64,000 bases of DNA from NCBI GenBank assembly GCA_044892505.1, contig CM097883.1, forward strand, positions 338,520,001 to 338,584,000, given 5' to 3'. This document shows positions 1 to 12,693 of the stretch, piece after piece; within the stretch, counting starts at the first letter, position 1, and every line of letters begins with the position of its first letter. Made by a program: the position numbers and the translations under genes. The stretch comes from Schmidtea nova. Its lineage: Eukaryota. Below the pieces are notes generated by a model. That model did not search any database, was not told the DNA's origin, and worked only from the letters and a program-made list of their open reading frames with translations.

Positions 1-7
1 CATAATG

Positions 8-149
8 ACTATAGATCAAAATTTTTTTTTATAAACAATAACACAATATTTCGGCACAGCCTTTATCAAGTGTGTATATATACACACTTGATAAAGGCTG
101 TGCCGAAATATTGTGTTATTGTTTATAAAAAAAAATTTTGATCTATAGT
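8..149. mobile_element. Penelope-like (PLE)-derived fold-back insertion, near-perfect 142-bp palindrome cut off by the window start and a gap
   Basis: 8-78 is the reverse complement of 79-149. Nearly identical to the core of the element at 24552-24786. Carries a hammerhead motif on each strand. Confidence 0.8.
84..116 (+). ncRNA. Minimal type I hammerhead ribozyme motif, U3-A8 core variant
   Basis: ACAC-TTGATAA-A-GGC-TGT-GCC-GAAA-TAT-T-GTGT: stem I ACAC/GTGT, stem II GGC/GCC, palindromic stem III ATAT, AUU cleavage triplet. Mirror copy at 41-73 on the minus strand. Confidence 0.65.
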
Positions 150-1001
150 NNNNNNNNNNNNNNNNNNNNNNNNNNNNNNNNNNNNNNNNNNNNNNNNNNN
201 NNNNNNNNNNNNNNNNNNNNNNNNNNNNNNNNNNNNNNNNNNNNNNNNNNNNNNNNNNNNNNNNNNNNNNNNNNNNNNNNNNNNNNNNNNNNNNNNNNNN
301 NNNNNNNNNNNNNNNNNNNNNNNNNNNNNNNNNNNNNNNNNNNNNNNNNNNNNNNNNNNNNNNNNNNNNNNNNNNNNNNNNNNNNNNNNNNNNNNNNNNN
401 NNNNNNNNNNNNNNNNNNNNNNNNNNNNNNNNNNNNNNNNNNNNNNNNNNNNNNNNNNNNNNNNNNNNNNNNNNNNNNNNNNNNNNNNNNNNNNNNNNNN
501 NNGATTGTTTCCAATTGATTTATTTTCTGGAGAAAATGGTTTTTGTCAGAAGTACTTGTTTAAGCGAGAAGCGAAAAGCCAGAAATGATGATACAGATTA
601 TTGACAAAAATTTGAATAACTTGAAAAGTCACTGACAAATGTTTAATGTAGTTAATGAAGAATTCAAACAATAGTATTTTCAATAATAAACAAATAATTT
701 CAATTTATGAGAAGCCTAATATTAAATTTATTAATGGAAATATTGTTTTTTCTTCATTATTTGTTTTTTAATATTTTCATGATGTAACAAGATATTTGTA
801 ATTTTGTATTCAATAGTGGATAAGTATTTCTTATATTACTTTTTATCATTGTTTATCCTGCAAGCAGTTTTGTTTATTTTTATATTTTTCCATTTATGTT
901 ATTTATTGTGTCAGTGCAATATATATTTTTTCATTTATTAATTTCCAAATATTTTACATAATGTTAAGATTTGGATACATCTCTTGTTACTTATTAATCG
1001 A

Positions 1002-1032
<31 letters not shown>

Positions 1033-1050
1033 AGTGTGTGTATGTGTGTA
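1002..1050. repeat. Compound (AT)n(GT)n microsatellite
   Basis: Directly visible dinucleotide runs. Confidence 0.95.
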
Positions 1051-1379
1051 TAATTCACTAGGTCTGTGAGTGAATCTGTATCATTATCTACTGATTATAA
1101 TAACTAATATATAAATTTTATAAATATAATAAATAATTATAATAAATAATATTGAATTAAAATAAGTTGGATTTAAAAAACCAATTTATGCCGATCATTG
1201 ACAGTAAAAAACACTTCGTACGGACTTTTGTTTCCTATATTGATATTATTATTGGGAGTAATTGAATATGAATTATAACAATAAAATAAGCAAAATTAAT
1301 TTTAAATGCATGAAAGAATTATATATTTGTAATATCTTTAGACAGTTTTATCAAAATTCATTTAATTCTTGGATTAAAT

Positions 1380-2000
1380 CTTGAATTCTTAAATTCTAAA
1401 TAGTTGGTACAGTATCAACGTCACCTAGAGACGGATATCATCAAGAAGGAATAAGCTATGTGGTTTGTGGTAGTCATAGAAGTAAGATCATTAATAAAAT
1501 TATCAACCTAACAAAACTTTGCATGACCTTTAAAGCTTATTCTCTCTGTAATAGTTTTATATAAATAATGAAAGTCTTAGACACTTCAGACAAAGCAATT
1601 AAAGACTATTGGCCATTTACTGATATTTCGAAAGGCATGTAAAACATCAAGTCGGCTTGAAATGAAGTGTCTGTAAAATGTTTAAATCAAGTCTGTCGCA
1701 TACGTCTGTCATTATTTGTTCACGATTTTGAAGAAGGAGCATGTGAAGAGAATATAGTTGAAGAAATTAGCGGTTTTGTGAGTGACGTATGATAGAACAA
1801 TGTTATAGCTGAAAATGTAAAAGGAAATTTGAAGTCCATGATCAGTAACTCTCAAATGAAGACGTAGAAGAATCAAACAGAGAATTAGGCGAAAACTGTC
1901 AGAGGAGAAAGAGAAAGAAAGCGAAGAAGAAACTTTTAAAGCTATGAAACTGACCGACCTAAAGTATATCTTTTTAACCATGGAAAGCGTATTATTCACT
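1380..2000 (-). pseudogene. Possible highly degenerate non-LTR (CR1/L2-like) endonuclease-to-RT linker remnant
   Basis: Broken minus-strand peptides (VTDHGLQI, FKHFTDTSFQADL, ERISFK) loosely resemble CR1/L2 ORF2. Many stops; weak call. Confidence 0.25.
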
Positions 2001-2178
2001 TACGTAAAACCTAACTCTATACCTCGAATTATATCTGGGTTTAGTTTATGTAAATTGGATTTGCGTTGGCTTTTGTAGTTACAGAACTGTGGCGTCAACC
2101 AAGGTCTACTTGTATTGTCGACATGGTATATCAGGAAATACTTGTTCTTAGTACTTTAATTGTATAATATTTATATTA

Positions 2179-2354
2179 CTGTATTTTTACAAATAATTCA
2201 TGACTTATATTAGAAAAAAGTTGAATTTTCGAAAAACGTAGGAGTTGGATTATACATGTATTAGCTTATCCATTTATAAGTCGCACCCTTTCGTTTTTCG
2301 AAAATTCAACTTTTTTTCTTATGTAAGCCGCGGCTTATATTCACGAAAATACGG
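2179..2354. mobile_element. Tc1/mariner-superfamily (Tc2/pogo-like) MITE
   Basis: Imperfect long TIRs (CTGTATTTT... and ...AAAATACGG), internal inverted match AAAAGTTGAATTTTCGAAAAACG, and TA on both sides. Confidence 0.7.
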
Positions 2355-2428
2355 TATTTACTGTAAAAAATTTATTCTTATAAAAAACATATATGAATAA
2401 AGAATATTAGTTAATTCATAGAATAAAG

Positions 2429-2775
2429 TAGCATTTCCCAAAGTGTGTTCCACGGAACCCTGGGGTTCCGTGGACTGAGAGCAGGGGTTCCGCGAACTTT
2501 TTGTAAATAAATAAGTTATAAAAAAAAGATTTATAAAAAAAGATTAATAAATAATTCTCGATTTTATTCGATCCAATTTAAAATTCTTTTTCAATTCCAT
2601 TGATATTGCCTTCAAAAATGCATTTCCATTCTATTTCATATGTGCCAATTCCATTTCATTCACTATATAAAGACTAGATCTGGCAATATTTTCATTTGAT
2701 TTTTGTAAATAGGGTTCCGTTAAAAATTTGAAATCAAAAAGGGTGCCGTGTTGAAAAAAACTTTGGAAAACGCTG
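2429..2775. mobile_element. hAT (Charlie-like) MITE
   Basis: Ends TAGCATTTCCCAAAGT and ACTTTGGAAAACGCTG. Perfect 8-bp TSD GAATAAAG at 2421-2428 and 2776-2783. Confidence 0.9.
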
Positions 2776-3074
2776 GAATAAAGGATTATTCACTCAAGTA
2801 ATTACAATTATATAATTATGCTCAATATTACACCTGCTTTCAATCATTAAGGTTTACCAGGTCGTTTTCCTGAAGTTGAATAATATTTTAGTAGTATTTT
2901 GTATTGCTTGTGTTACTTTATTCTACGTGACTAATGGAGGGTTAAGTAATTAAAGTAACAACTTTACCATTTTAAATTTAATATAAGATTTTTGAGAATG
3001 ATTTAAAATTTTATGTATATTTATCAGTAGAGGATAGTGAGCGCTCGGTACCACTTTTTTCACATTGCAACGGT

Positions 3075-3530
3075 TGCTCAGGTTAGTACACACACATCAA
3101 TATATAATCCCCGAAGAACACGTTGCCAGGGTAAATACACACACATATATATCAATTTATAGTCCTAGTGAAATATGTTGCTAGGGTAAACACACATTAA
3201 TGTATTTTCTTCGAGGAAACTGTTTCCAGGGTAAATACACACAATAGGGTGACTTCCCTGAGGAACTTGTTGCCTGGGTAAACATACATACATACACATC
3301 AATATATAACTCTTAATGATAGATGTAGTTAAGGTAACTACACACAGCAATATATAGTCCCCGAGGAAGATGATGTCAAGGAAAATACACACAACAATAT
3401 ATAATCCCCGAGGAACCTGTTGCCAGGGTAAACACATATCAATATATAATCATCGAGGAACCTTTTGCTAGAGTAGACACACACATTAAAGTTTTGTCTC
3501 CTTGGAACCTGTTGCTAAGGTAAATATGCC
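3075..3530. repeat. Subterminal degenerate tandem repeats of the Polinton (mirror at ~13200-13660)
   Basis: Recurrent motif GTTGCCAGGGTAAACACACA...CAATATATAATCCCCGAGGAAC. Confidence 0.8.
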
Positions 3531-6500
3531 ATTGTGTAACGGCAGTGACTACTGTTGGTAACATCAAAACATACAACACATTAATTATTACCCTTAACAC
3601 ACACGATAACATGTTTTTACTTAATCGAATGACGTTTATGTTTTAATGTACTGACTAACATTTCGAGTAGTTGTTTATTAATTGATAATTTTTTGATATA
3701 TTATATAATTTTTGTAAAATGATCTTTAGAAAATCGAATATGAGAACTTTGAAAACGGATGAAATGAATGCGAGAATTGTGACAATAGTCGAAATTTTAA
3801 AGACGATTCTACAGAGTGCAACTAGAAGAGCAGATGAAATTTAATAATAATATTTGTAAACAGAAACAATTATTTTTACATTAAATAAAAATATTGACAC
3901 AAAAAAATGAAAACCCTGAACAATAAAACCGTTTGAAATCTTGTCAATACATAAAAACTTTAAAAATAATTAAACATAATAAACTAAAGAAATATAAAAC
4001 TAAATATAATGAAACCAATTATTTTTTAACAAAGTTTTATTCAATACAAATCTGAATTGGATATTTTATTTGAATTGAGAGCTGGATCTGAAACTGGAAC
4101 ACCAACCTGATCTTTTGATTGGTCTATAAACGAGCCACATCTCTTATAATGTCCGTATGCAAGACTTTCATTTTATCAACCCAAAGTCTTTTATCATCAA
4201 GATTAGTCAAGGCAATTTTCGAATATTTATTAGTAAAGAGTTGATTCTTACTAACTATTCTCGATTGATCAACAGAAACTATTGAATTATTATTATAACA
4301 ATCCAGATACGACTGATGATTCAGTTTAGTATCCTTCAATGTTATACCCTTAGCCTTAATGCACTCTTCATCACCTAAAAGACTGTAACACTTTGGCCTA
4401 AGGAATACCCACTCATCATACTTGAATCCTTTATTCTCGTCTTTGAATTTACCAATGACGGAATCTAGGTTCCTACTGTATAATGGGTGATTCGGATCAT
4501 AATTAGAAGTGTCAAGTAAGTTATCTCTTATCATGGCCGGTAAAAGAATATCAAGCTTACAATTTCTAATCTCCAAGAAGAAAGAATCTAAATCACCAGC
4601 AACGATGTTAATTTCGCAGTTGAATTCATTACGATATTTTTGTAATTCTTCATACTGCAGCTGGTACATCCTAAGTTTTGATAAATCCAGTACAGTTTGA
4701 CCAATGTAGCTGGGTCTATCTAAACACACAGAGTCTTTATTAAGCAACACAGAAACTAGGTCATCGTCAATTCTATAAGTTTTTCTAAAGGTAGGTTTTG
4801 AAGTATATGTAATCAGTTTTGATGCTGAATTACATAGTCGTAAATTAAGTCGTTTTTTAAGATTTTCAACCGTTTTCCCAAAAAGACTATTATTCAAGAG
4901 TTTGTAATAGTTTTTATCTAAAGCCGTAGAAGAAGCTGCCCTAAGTTCAGTGTTTGTATATATGTATTTTTTAAAGATAGGTTTCTGATTGTACTGAACA
5001 GCCCGATGAACTCGTGTTATTTTAACACCCAAATAAACAAAAAGCTTGAGAAGTCTCCAATGAACAACATAGTTGAACTTTGGATAATGCATAAGCATTA
5101 ACTTCTGAACTTTTGAACCCGGAGCACACATTTTCTCTGATGCAACCGGAAAATCATTTAATTTATCGTGAATTTCTGAAGGGATTTCAAGATCCACTTC
5201 AAAAGTCACGCCATAAGTTAAAATAGCCAAATCAGCATCCATTAATTTAATTTATTTATTTAATTTATTTTGATCTGTGTTCCAACTAAATTCACCATAA
5301 GGTAATTTTTGACTTAAAGCCCACCCGTATAAATTATTTATGTCAATATATAAAAGTTCAATCGTTTCGGAGAATACTACATGGTGCTTGTTGACAAATG
5401 TCAATCCACCACGGATCCCCCCTTCGAAAAAATTATAAATCTCCATATCCTGGAGCAACTCAATAGGTTCTTCCAAGGTAATAAGCGCAGAAGCCCACGA
5501 CATACCTGGAATCCCCAAGAAATTCAAAGGCTCAAGTCTATTGTGAGCTATAGATTTAGCCCTAAACTGTTGAAAGAAATCAGCAAGAAGAAAAACATCC
5601 AGTTTAAGGTAGACCATCATATAGTCACAAAGAGTTTGACACTGGGATTCCCTCCAAATCACCAATGCCTTGTCATATTCATCTTGTTTAACACCTTTCC
5701 AGATTGGTGGCAACTCATAAGTGTTGTTAAGAATGTTAAGATGTTGCAAAATCATAAGGAAAAATACCCTTACAGTCAACAATAGTCCCGGCGAATTCAG
5801 ATCTAGTCAAAGGCAAACAAGTAAGAGTCTTAACAGCGTCATTTAAACTAAAATTTACAAACTGACAAGAATCGATGAATTTAATGGTTAAATCACTAAC
5901 CCTTGCAGACAATGTCAAGAACTTTTCACTAGTTGTAGGAATACAAGAAATTTTCCAAGTTGAAAAATTAACCAAACCATATTTAAGAATATGGTGCAAG
6001 TCATAGCCCTTTAAATTATGAAAAATAATGGGTAAAAACTTGTATAAACGACGGGATTGATTACAAGAATTACAAGCAGCTCCCAAAAATTCACCAGTGT
6101 AATGATCATGGTCTCTGACTGGTTGTACTAAAGTTTTCCTACAAAGATAACAAATAGTAGCAGAATCAAAAGATTGTTGATTAGCCGATGTCATAAAAAG
6201 AGGTTTCTTGTAATTAGTTCTATAAAAGGGATAAACAATAGTTTCAGAAATATTACTAATTTCAGTAAGAAAATTAGTAACGCAATCAAGACCTAAGAAA
6301 CTCTTGTAAATCTTTTCTCCAGTAAAGTTATTTACAAGTAAAAGACCGGCAGATATTGGGACATGTCTTTGAAAGTACTTATCATCAGCAGGTAAGATTG
6401 CCTCAAAATCGGCGTAAACAACAAAAGGTGGGGTAATTGTTTTGCCCCAATTACTAAATTGTAAATCTTTATTTCTAGGCAGAGTATAAAGAGTTTTGCC

Positions 6501-6809
6501 TAATTTATTTTTAGCACACAACTGTTGATGACAATCGAATGCTTCCTGTTTTCGAAATCCATTCAAGCATCGATGACACCATATACTTTGTACGCGAGCT
6601 ACAGAAAGAGATCTATTGTCGTAATTTAAAAGCTTATCAAGATCGGTGACTGCAATATAATGATATGCATCACAACTTTCCAACAAAATCAAGTTAATAG
6701 GAGTACCGTCAATAACTTTCGACCTATGAATTATATCGACACAAGGATGTTTAAAAACTTCAGGGTCTTCCAAGGTATCAAGAAGAGCATCTTCATCATA
6801 AGATAAAAC

Positions 6810-7038
6810 GGTGCTAGGACAAAATGTCAAGTGACATTTTGTCCGTGACATTTTGTCCGTGACATTTTGTCCGTGACATTTTGTCCGTGACATTTTGTCC
6901 GTGACATTTTGTCCGTGACATTTTGTCCGCGGACATTTTGTCCCGTGCCATTTTGTCCTCATGACATTTTGTCCGTGACATTTTGTCCGTGACATTTTGT
7001 CCGTGATATTTTGTCCGCGGACATTTTGTCCGGCCACC
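6810..7038. mobile_element. Short MULE-like non-autonomous element made of 14-bp GGACAAAATGTCAC repeats
   Basis: Starts GGTGCTAGG and ends CCGGCCACC. Same termini as 7204-7890 but in inverted orientation. Flanked by the reverse complement of GTTTTATC at 6802-6809. Confidence 0.75.
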
Positions 7039-7203
7039 CATTTTAGCTATTTTGAAATATGATGATGTAGATGGACACAGATATAGGACAAGTAATTATA
7101 ATCTTTCGGATCTTGTCTTTGACCCTTCAGAAATGCCCATGAGACTCTGTAATATTCCAAAATTTGAGGCTAAAAATCCCGGACTTGCTATTAATGTTTT
7201 ATC
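7039..7203 (+). pseudogene. polB: Inverted internal segment of the polB gene
   Basis: The plus strand reads ILAILKYDDVDGHRYRTSNY...KNPGLAINVLS. This bridges the minus-strand ends CFIYSI (7891) and VLSYDEDALL (6809). Confidence 0.85.
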
Positions 7204-7890
7204 GGTGGCCGGACAAAATGTCCGCGGACAAAATGTCATGAGGACAAAATGGCACGGGACAAAATGTCCGCGGACAAAATGTCACGGACAAAATGTCACG
7301 GACAAAATGTCACGGACAAAATGTCACGGACAAAATGTCATGAGGACAATCAAACTTCTTCGCCGTCAATTGGAACTGGGAACAACGGCTGGGAGGAAAA
7401 AGAAAACATACATCCGCGTCAACGAGGCATTGCATGTCATGGTGACCGACTACAACAACCGAGATCCAATCACATATTTAGGAGACATTGCACGTGTTTT
7501 AAACATTAATGTTGTTTGACTTCATTAGTTATTTTCATTGATAAAAGACTCGATTATTTATTTTTAAAAGCGTTTTTAAAATAAGCTAATAATGTTATAA
7601 GACTAAGCTATTTTATTAACTGAATATCTAACACTAAATTAATATAGGCTAGATATAATTATTATAATAAAGTTAGACTAAATTTGATAAATGCATTATT
7701 GAAATATTTTCATTGTTTTTCTGTCTTATATTTTTTTCCACAATTTTTGTCTGTGAGTCCGTGACATTTTGTCCTCATGACATTTTGTCCCGTGCCATTT
7801 TGTCCTCATGACATTTTGTCCGTGACATTTTGTCCGTGACATTTTGTCCGTGACATTTTGTCCGCGGACATTTTGTCCGCGGACATTTTG
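7204..7890 (+). mobile_element. MULE-like deletion derivative with tandem-repeat subterminal inverted repeats and a transposase C-terminal scrap
   Basis: Ends GGTGGCCGG and CCTAGCACC. 14-bp repeats in opposite orientation at each end. RKKKTYIRVNEALHVMVTDYNNRDPITYLGDIARVL resembles animal MULE transposase C-termini. 8-bp GTTTTATC at 7196-7203. Confidence 0.65.
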
Positions 7891-10515
7891 TCCTAGCACC
7901 TATATAATGCTATAAATAAAACACAAGTCGTCAGAATTTCTTACATTTACTGTACAATATTTTAACTGTAAGGATTGAGGGGTTTGAATGTGACTACGTC
8001 CACTTAATCGACTAATTTGAGCAAATTTAGTTACAACGAAATGGATTTCATTAACTTTGTTAATAACCCAATTACTTCCCTTTTCATTAATTAATGCTAT
8101 TTTTTCATTTAAAAGAGCAATACCCTCGTCAAAAAAGGTGTCACTCATAGGTCTCGCAGAATTTGAAATGATGAAGGATTGAATTTCCGCATCTTTTTCA
8201 AACTCTACGTCAATACAAAATTGTATTTTCACTGAACCCATCTCATTAATAACATTATTTAATTTATTAATTAAAATATCAGGTAAAATTAAAGTTTTCA
8301 AAACCAAGTGAGAAACATCCATTTTTACAACAGCGTGAGATTTTCTCAAATCAAATTTAACGTTAGGAAGAAGGGACCCACCATATTGAACATCTATGGT
8401 GTTAATGTCATTATTAAAACTTGTGTCAGAGTCGGAAAGAATTTTCATATCAGACATTACCTCGTCAACTATATTACTTAATTTTCTAACTTTTGTAGGT
8501 AGTGGATTATCGATAAGGATTTTTCTTTTATTATTAATAACATTGATATCACTATTATTTATTGTTAAATTAAAAAGAGATTTTTTCGAAGATCTAAATT
8601 TCCTTAAATGATCCTTATGGTCATCATAAAAGTTCAAAAAAGTCGAATTTTGGGTGGTCTTACATACGGGACATATAAAAAACGTGACTCCTTTATACGA
8701 ATATCGGTAATATTTTCCCATTAATTCAATACATTTATTATCATGAATTGATGATCGGCAAAATTTCGGAAAAAGTTTACCTGAAATATAAAAAATAATT
8801 AAAAATATGAACAATAAATGACAAGTATTTTAATATTAAAATTAATGTCATTATACAATAATTAATTAATAATTACAATAATAAAAATTTAATTAAATAA
8901 TTTAAATATTATGAAAAATAATATTAATTAATTTCAATTATTATATTCTTAATTATAATTGTTTTAATAATAAGTTTTACTCAAAGATGTGAAATTTAAA
9001 TTATTTACAAGTAATTTAAAAATATTAATTTAATATAATAATTTTCATATAGAACACATTATTTACTATGATAGAAAATAAATTATTTATTAATAATTAA
9101 TTTACAAAAACTTTAATTACTAAAACATTATTAAAAAAAAAATTAATAAATAAATAAATAAAACAATAAGTAATAATAATCAATATTCAAATTAATTTTA
9201 TATTCAAGTTAATTAATTAATTATTATAAAAAATTAGAATAATTATAATTAAAACTAGAATTGTTTTAATAATTAGTTATAAAATAAAAATTCAAATTCA
9301 AAAATTGTAAATAATTTTCAAAAATTAGTAAACACTACAAAACTAATTAAAAAAATAATTATTAATTTAAATAATATAGTTAATTATTTTAAGTTCTCAT
9401 TAGTATTTATTAACTTATCAATGATAAATATTACAAATCTCTTTGAATAATAAATAAAGATTATCCGTTAAATTACAAAATTGATAAAGAAAACTAATTA
9501 TTAAATAATTTAAATTAATATTTATATACAAAGGTAATTAATTATAAATTGCAATCATTAAATAAATCGATACTTACAGTTATTTTCTTCTCTTTTCATC
9601 GTTAAGTTTATTTTTCATTAAACTATCCATTCTTTCAGATGCTTCAACATTGTTACCAATAACGTTGTTCATATTGTTGTCGACATCGTTGTTGTAATCG
9701 TTGTTCTTGGTAATATCCATATTATTGTTGGTATTGTTCATTTTATCTAAAATAAGTTGATTATTTAAAAACTTTAAAACAAAAATAACTTACCAAATTT
9801 AGGTTGCAGTAAAAAGTGATTCTTAAATGAAAAACTATTGCTTATATACTAAATTCAAAAACTTTTAACCAATCAAATTCGAGCAAACATACACACACGT
9901 TTGTAAATACCACAATGTAATTTATGTTTACAATTAAATTTTGTAAAATTATTGAACACATAATTTATTGTTATAAATATATGTCATCAATTAATGTTAA
10001 ATATAAATTATTATTAAAATACAATTTAATAAATAAAGATTAATTTTAAAATTAAATTTTACTAATAAATTATAAAAATTATTACAAGTAGTTAAAATTA
10101 ATTATTAGATAAATTGTAAATTAATTGAAATAAAAATTAATTAACTAAAATAAAAATTAATTAATTAAAAGTAAACTAATTATTCACAAAGTTATTAGTT
10201 TTTACATAATGATTATTGTAGAGAATTAGAATATAAATTGTTACAGTGAAAACACAATTAAAGTATCAAATAAAATCAATTATTTACAACAAAACCCATA
10301 TGTAACACCATAATTTTTAAATTTCTAATCAAACAATTTATTGGAAAATTTATACATATAATGAAAACTCTAAAAAATTATTTTAAAATTACAAAAATAA
10401 CAATAAAAAATGTGTGCAACAAGAAAAATGACTAATTTTATATTTTAATTTAAGTCATTTTATAGGAAATTAAATTCTACATATACACTGTTAATGTGAA
10501 AACTCATTATCTTTA

Positions 10516-12693
10516 TTACTAATTTTCTTACTGAAATTAGTAATATTTCTGAAACTATTGTTTATCCCTTTTATAGAACTAATTACAAGAAACCTCTTTT
10601 TATGACATCGGCTAATCAACAATCTTTTGATTCTGCTACTATTTGTTATCTTTGTAGGAAAACTTTAGTACAACCAGTCAGAGACCATGATCATTACACT
10701 GGTGAATTTTTGGGAGCTGCTTGTAATTCTTGTAATCAATCCCGTCGTTTATACAAGTTTTTACCCATTATTTTTCATAATTTAAAGGGCTATGACTTGC
10801 ACCATATTCTTAAATATGGTTTGGTTAATTTTTCAACTTGGAAAATTTCTTGTATTCCTACAACTAGTGAAAAGTTCTTGACATTGTCTGCAAGGGTTAG
10901 TGATTTAACCATTAAATTCATCGATTCTTGTCAGTTTGTAAATTCTAGTTTAAATGACGCTGTTAAGACTCTTACTTGTTTGCCTTTGACTAGATCTGAA
11001 TTCGCCGGGACTATTGTTGACTGTAAGGGTATTTTTCCTTATGATTTTGCAACATCTTTAGAAATTCTTAACAACACTTATGAGTTGCCACCAATCTGGA
11101 AAGGTGTTAAACAAGATGAATATGACAAGGCATTGGTGATTTGGAGGGAATCCCAGTGTCAAACTCTTTGTGACTATATGATGGTCTACCTTAAACTGGA
11201 TGTTTTTCTTCTTGCTGATTTCTTTCAACAGTTTAGGGCTAAATCTATAGCTCACAATAGACTTGAGCCTTTGAATTTCTTGGGGATTCCAGGTATGTCG
11301 TGGGCTTCTGCGCTTATTACCTTGGAAGAACCTATTGAGTTGCTCCAGGATATGGAGATTTATATATTTTTAGAAGGGGGGATCCGTGGTGGATTGACAT
11401 TTGTCAACAAGCATCACGTAGTATCCTCCGAAACGATTGAACTTTTATATATTGACATAAATAATTTATACGGGTGGGCTTTAAGTCAAAAATTACCTTA
11501 TGGTGAATTTAGTTGGAACACAGATCAAAATAAATTAAATAAATAAATTAAATTAATGGATGCTGATTTGGCTATTTTGACTTATGGCGTGACTTTTGAA
11601 GTGGATCTTGAAATACCTTCAGAAATTCACGAAAAATTAAATGATTTTCCGGTTGCATCAGAGAAAATGTGTGCTCCGGGTTCAAAAGTTCAGACGTTAA
11701 TGCTTACGCATTATCCAAAGTTCAACTATGTTGTTCATTGGAGACTTCTCAAGCTTTTTGTTTATTTGGGTGTTAAAATAACACGAGTTCATCGGGCTGT
11801 TCAGTACAATCAGAAACCTATCTTTAAAAAATACATAGATACAAACACTGAACTTAGGGCAGCTTCTTCTACGGCTTTAGATAAAAACTATTACAAACTC
11901 TTGAATAATAGTCTTTATGGGAAAACGGTTGAAAATCTTAAAAAACGACTTAATTTACGACTATGTAATTCAGCATCAAAACTGATTACATATACTTCAA
12001 AACCTACCTTTAGAAAAACTTATAGAATTGACGATGACCTAGTTTCTGTGTTGCTTAATAAAGACTCTGTGTGTTTAGATAGACCCAGCTACATTGGTCA
12101 AACTGTACTGGATTTATCAAAACTTAGGATGTACCAGCTGCAGTATGAAGAATTACAAAAATATCGTAATGAATTCAACTGCGAAATTAACATCGTTGCT
12201 GGTGATTTAGATTCTTTCTTCTTGGAGATTAGAAATTGTAAGCTTGATATTCTTTTACCGGCCATGATAAGAGATAACTTACTTGACACTTCTAATTATG
12301 ATCCGAATCACCCATTATACAGTAGGAACTTAGATTCCGTCATTGGTAAATTCAAAGACGAGAATAAAGGATTCAAGTATGATGAGTGGGAATTCCTTAG
12401 GCCAAAGTGTTACAGTCTTTTAGGTGGATTGTTATAATAATAATTCAATAGTTTCTGTTGATCAATCGAGAATAGTTAGTAAGAATCATCGACTCTATAC
12501 TAATAAATATTTGAAAATTGCCTTGACTAATCTTGATGATAAAAGACTTTGGGTTGATAAAAATGAAAGTCTTGCATACGGACATTATAAGAGATGTGGC
12601 TCGTTTATAGACCAATCAAAAGATCAGGTTGGTGTTCCAGTTTCAGATCCAGCTCTCAATTCAAATAAAATATCCAATTCAGATTTGTATTGA
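10516..12693 (+). pseudogene. polB: 5'-truncated second copy of polB (right arm)
   Basis: ORFs 10602-11546, 11556-12437 and 12424-12693. Shares the in-frame TAA at 11544-11546. Has a private ~64-bp deletion near 12425 and an intact C-terminal SLAYGHYK. Confidence 0.9.

Larger units (their letters stand above)
4041..8814 (-). pseudogene. polB: Protein-primed family B DNA polymerase with an N-terminal endonuclease VII-like Zn/His motif, disrupted (left arm plus centre)
   Basis: Motifs VYADFE (Exo I), CYLC...VRDHDHYTGEFLGAACNSCN, FHNLKGYD (Exo II), YLKLDV (Exo III), YIDINNLYGWA (A), KLLNNSLFGKT (B), AGDLDS (C). Broken by two MULE-like inserts, an inversion, frameshifts near 5737 and 4170, and an in-frame TAA. 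Confidence 0.9.

Noticed and set aside
138-518. ORF-track entries spanning N runs (also near 17848-18297, 28879-29277, 30051-30458, 38153-38716, 46215-46433)
   Set aside because: Artefacts of translating assembly gaps.
6814-7509. Repetitive peptides GQNVTDKMSRTKCH, and ORFs over other arrays (3165-3437, 13296-13568, 15776-16087, 52371-53772)
   Set aside because: Stop-free readings of tandem or low-complexity DNA with no sign of real coding function.
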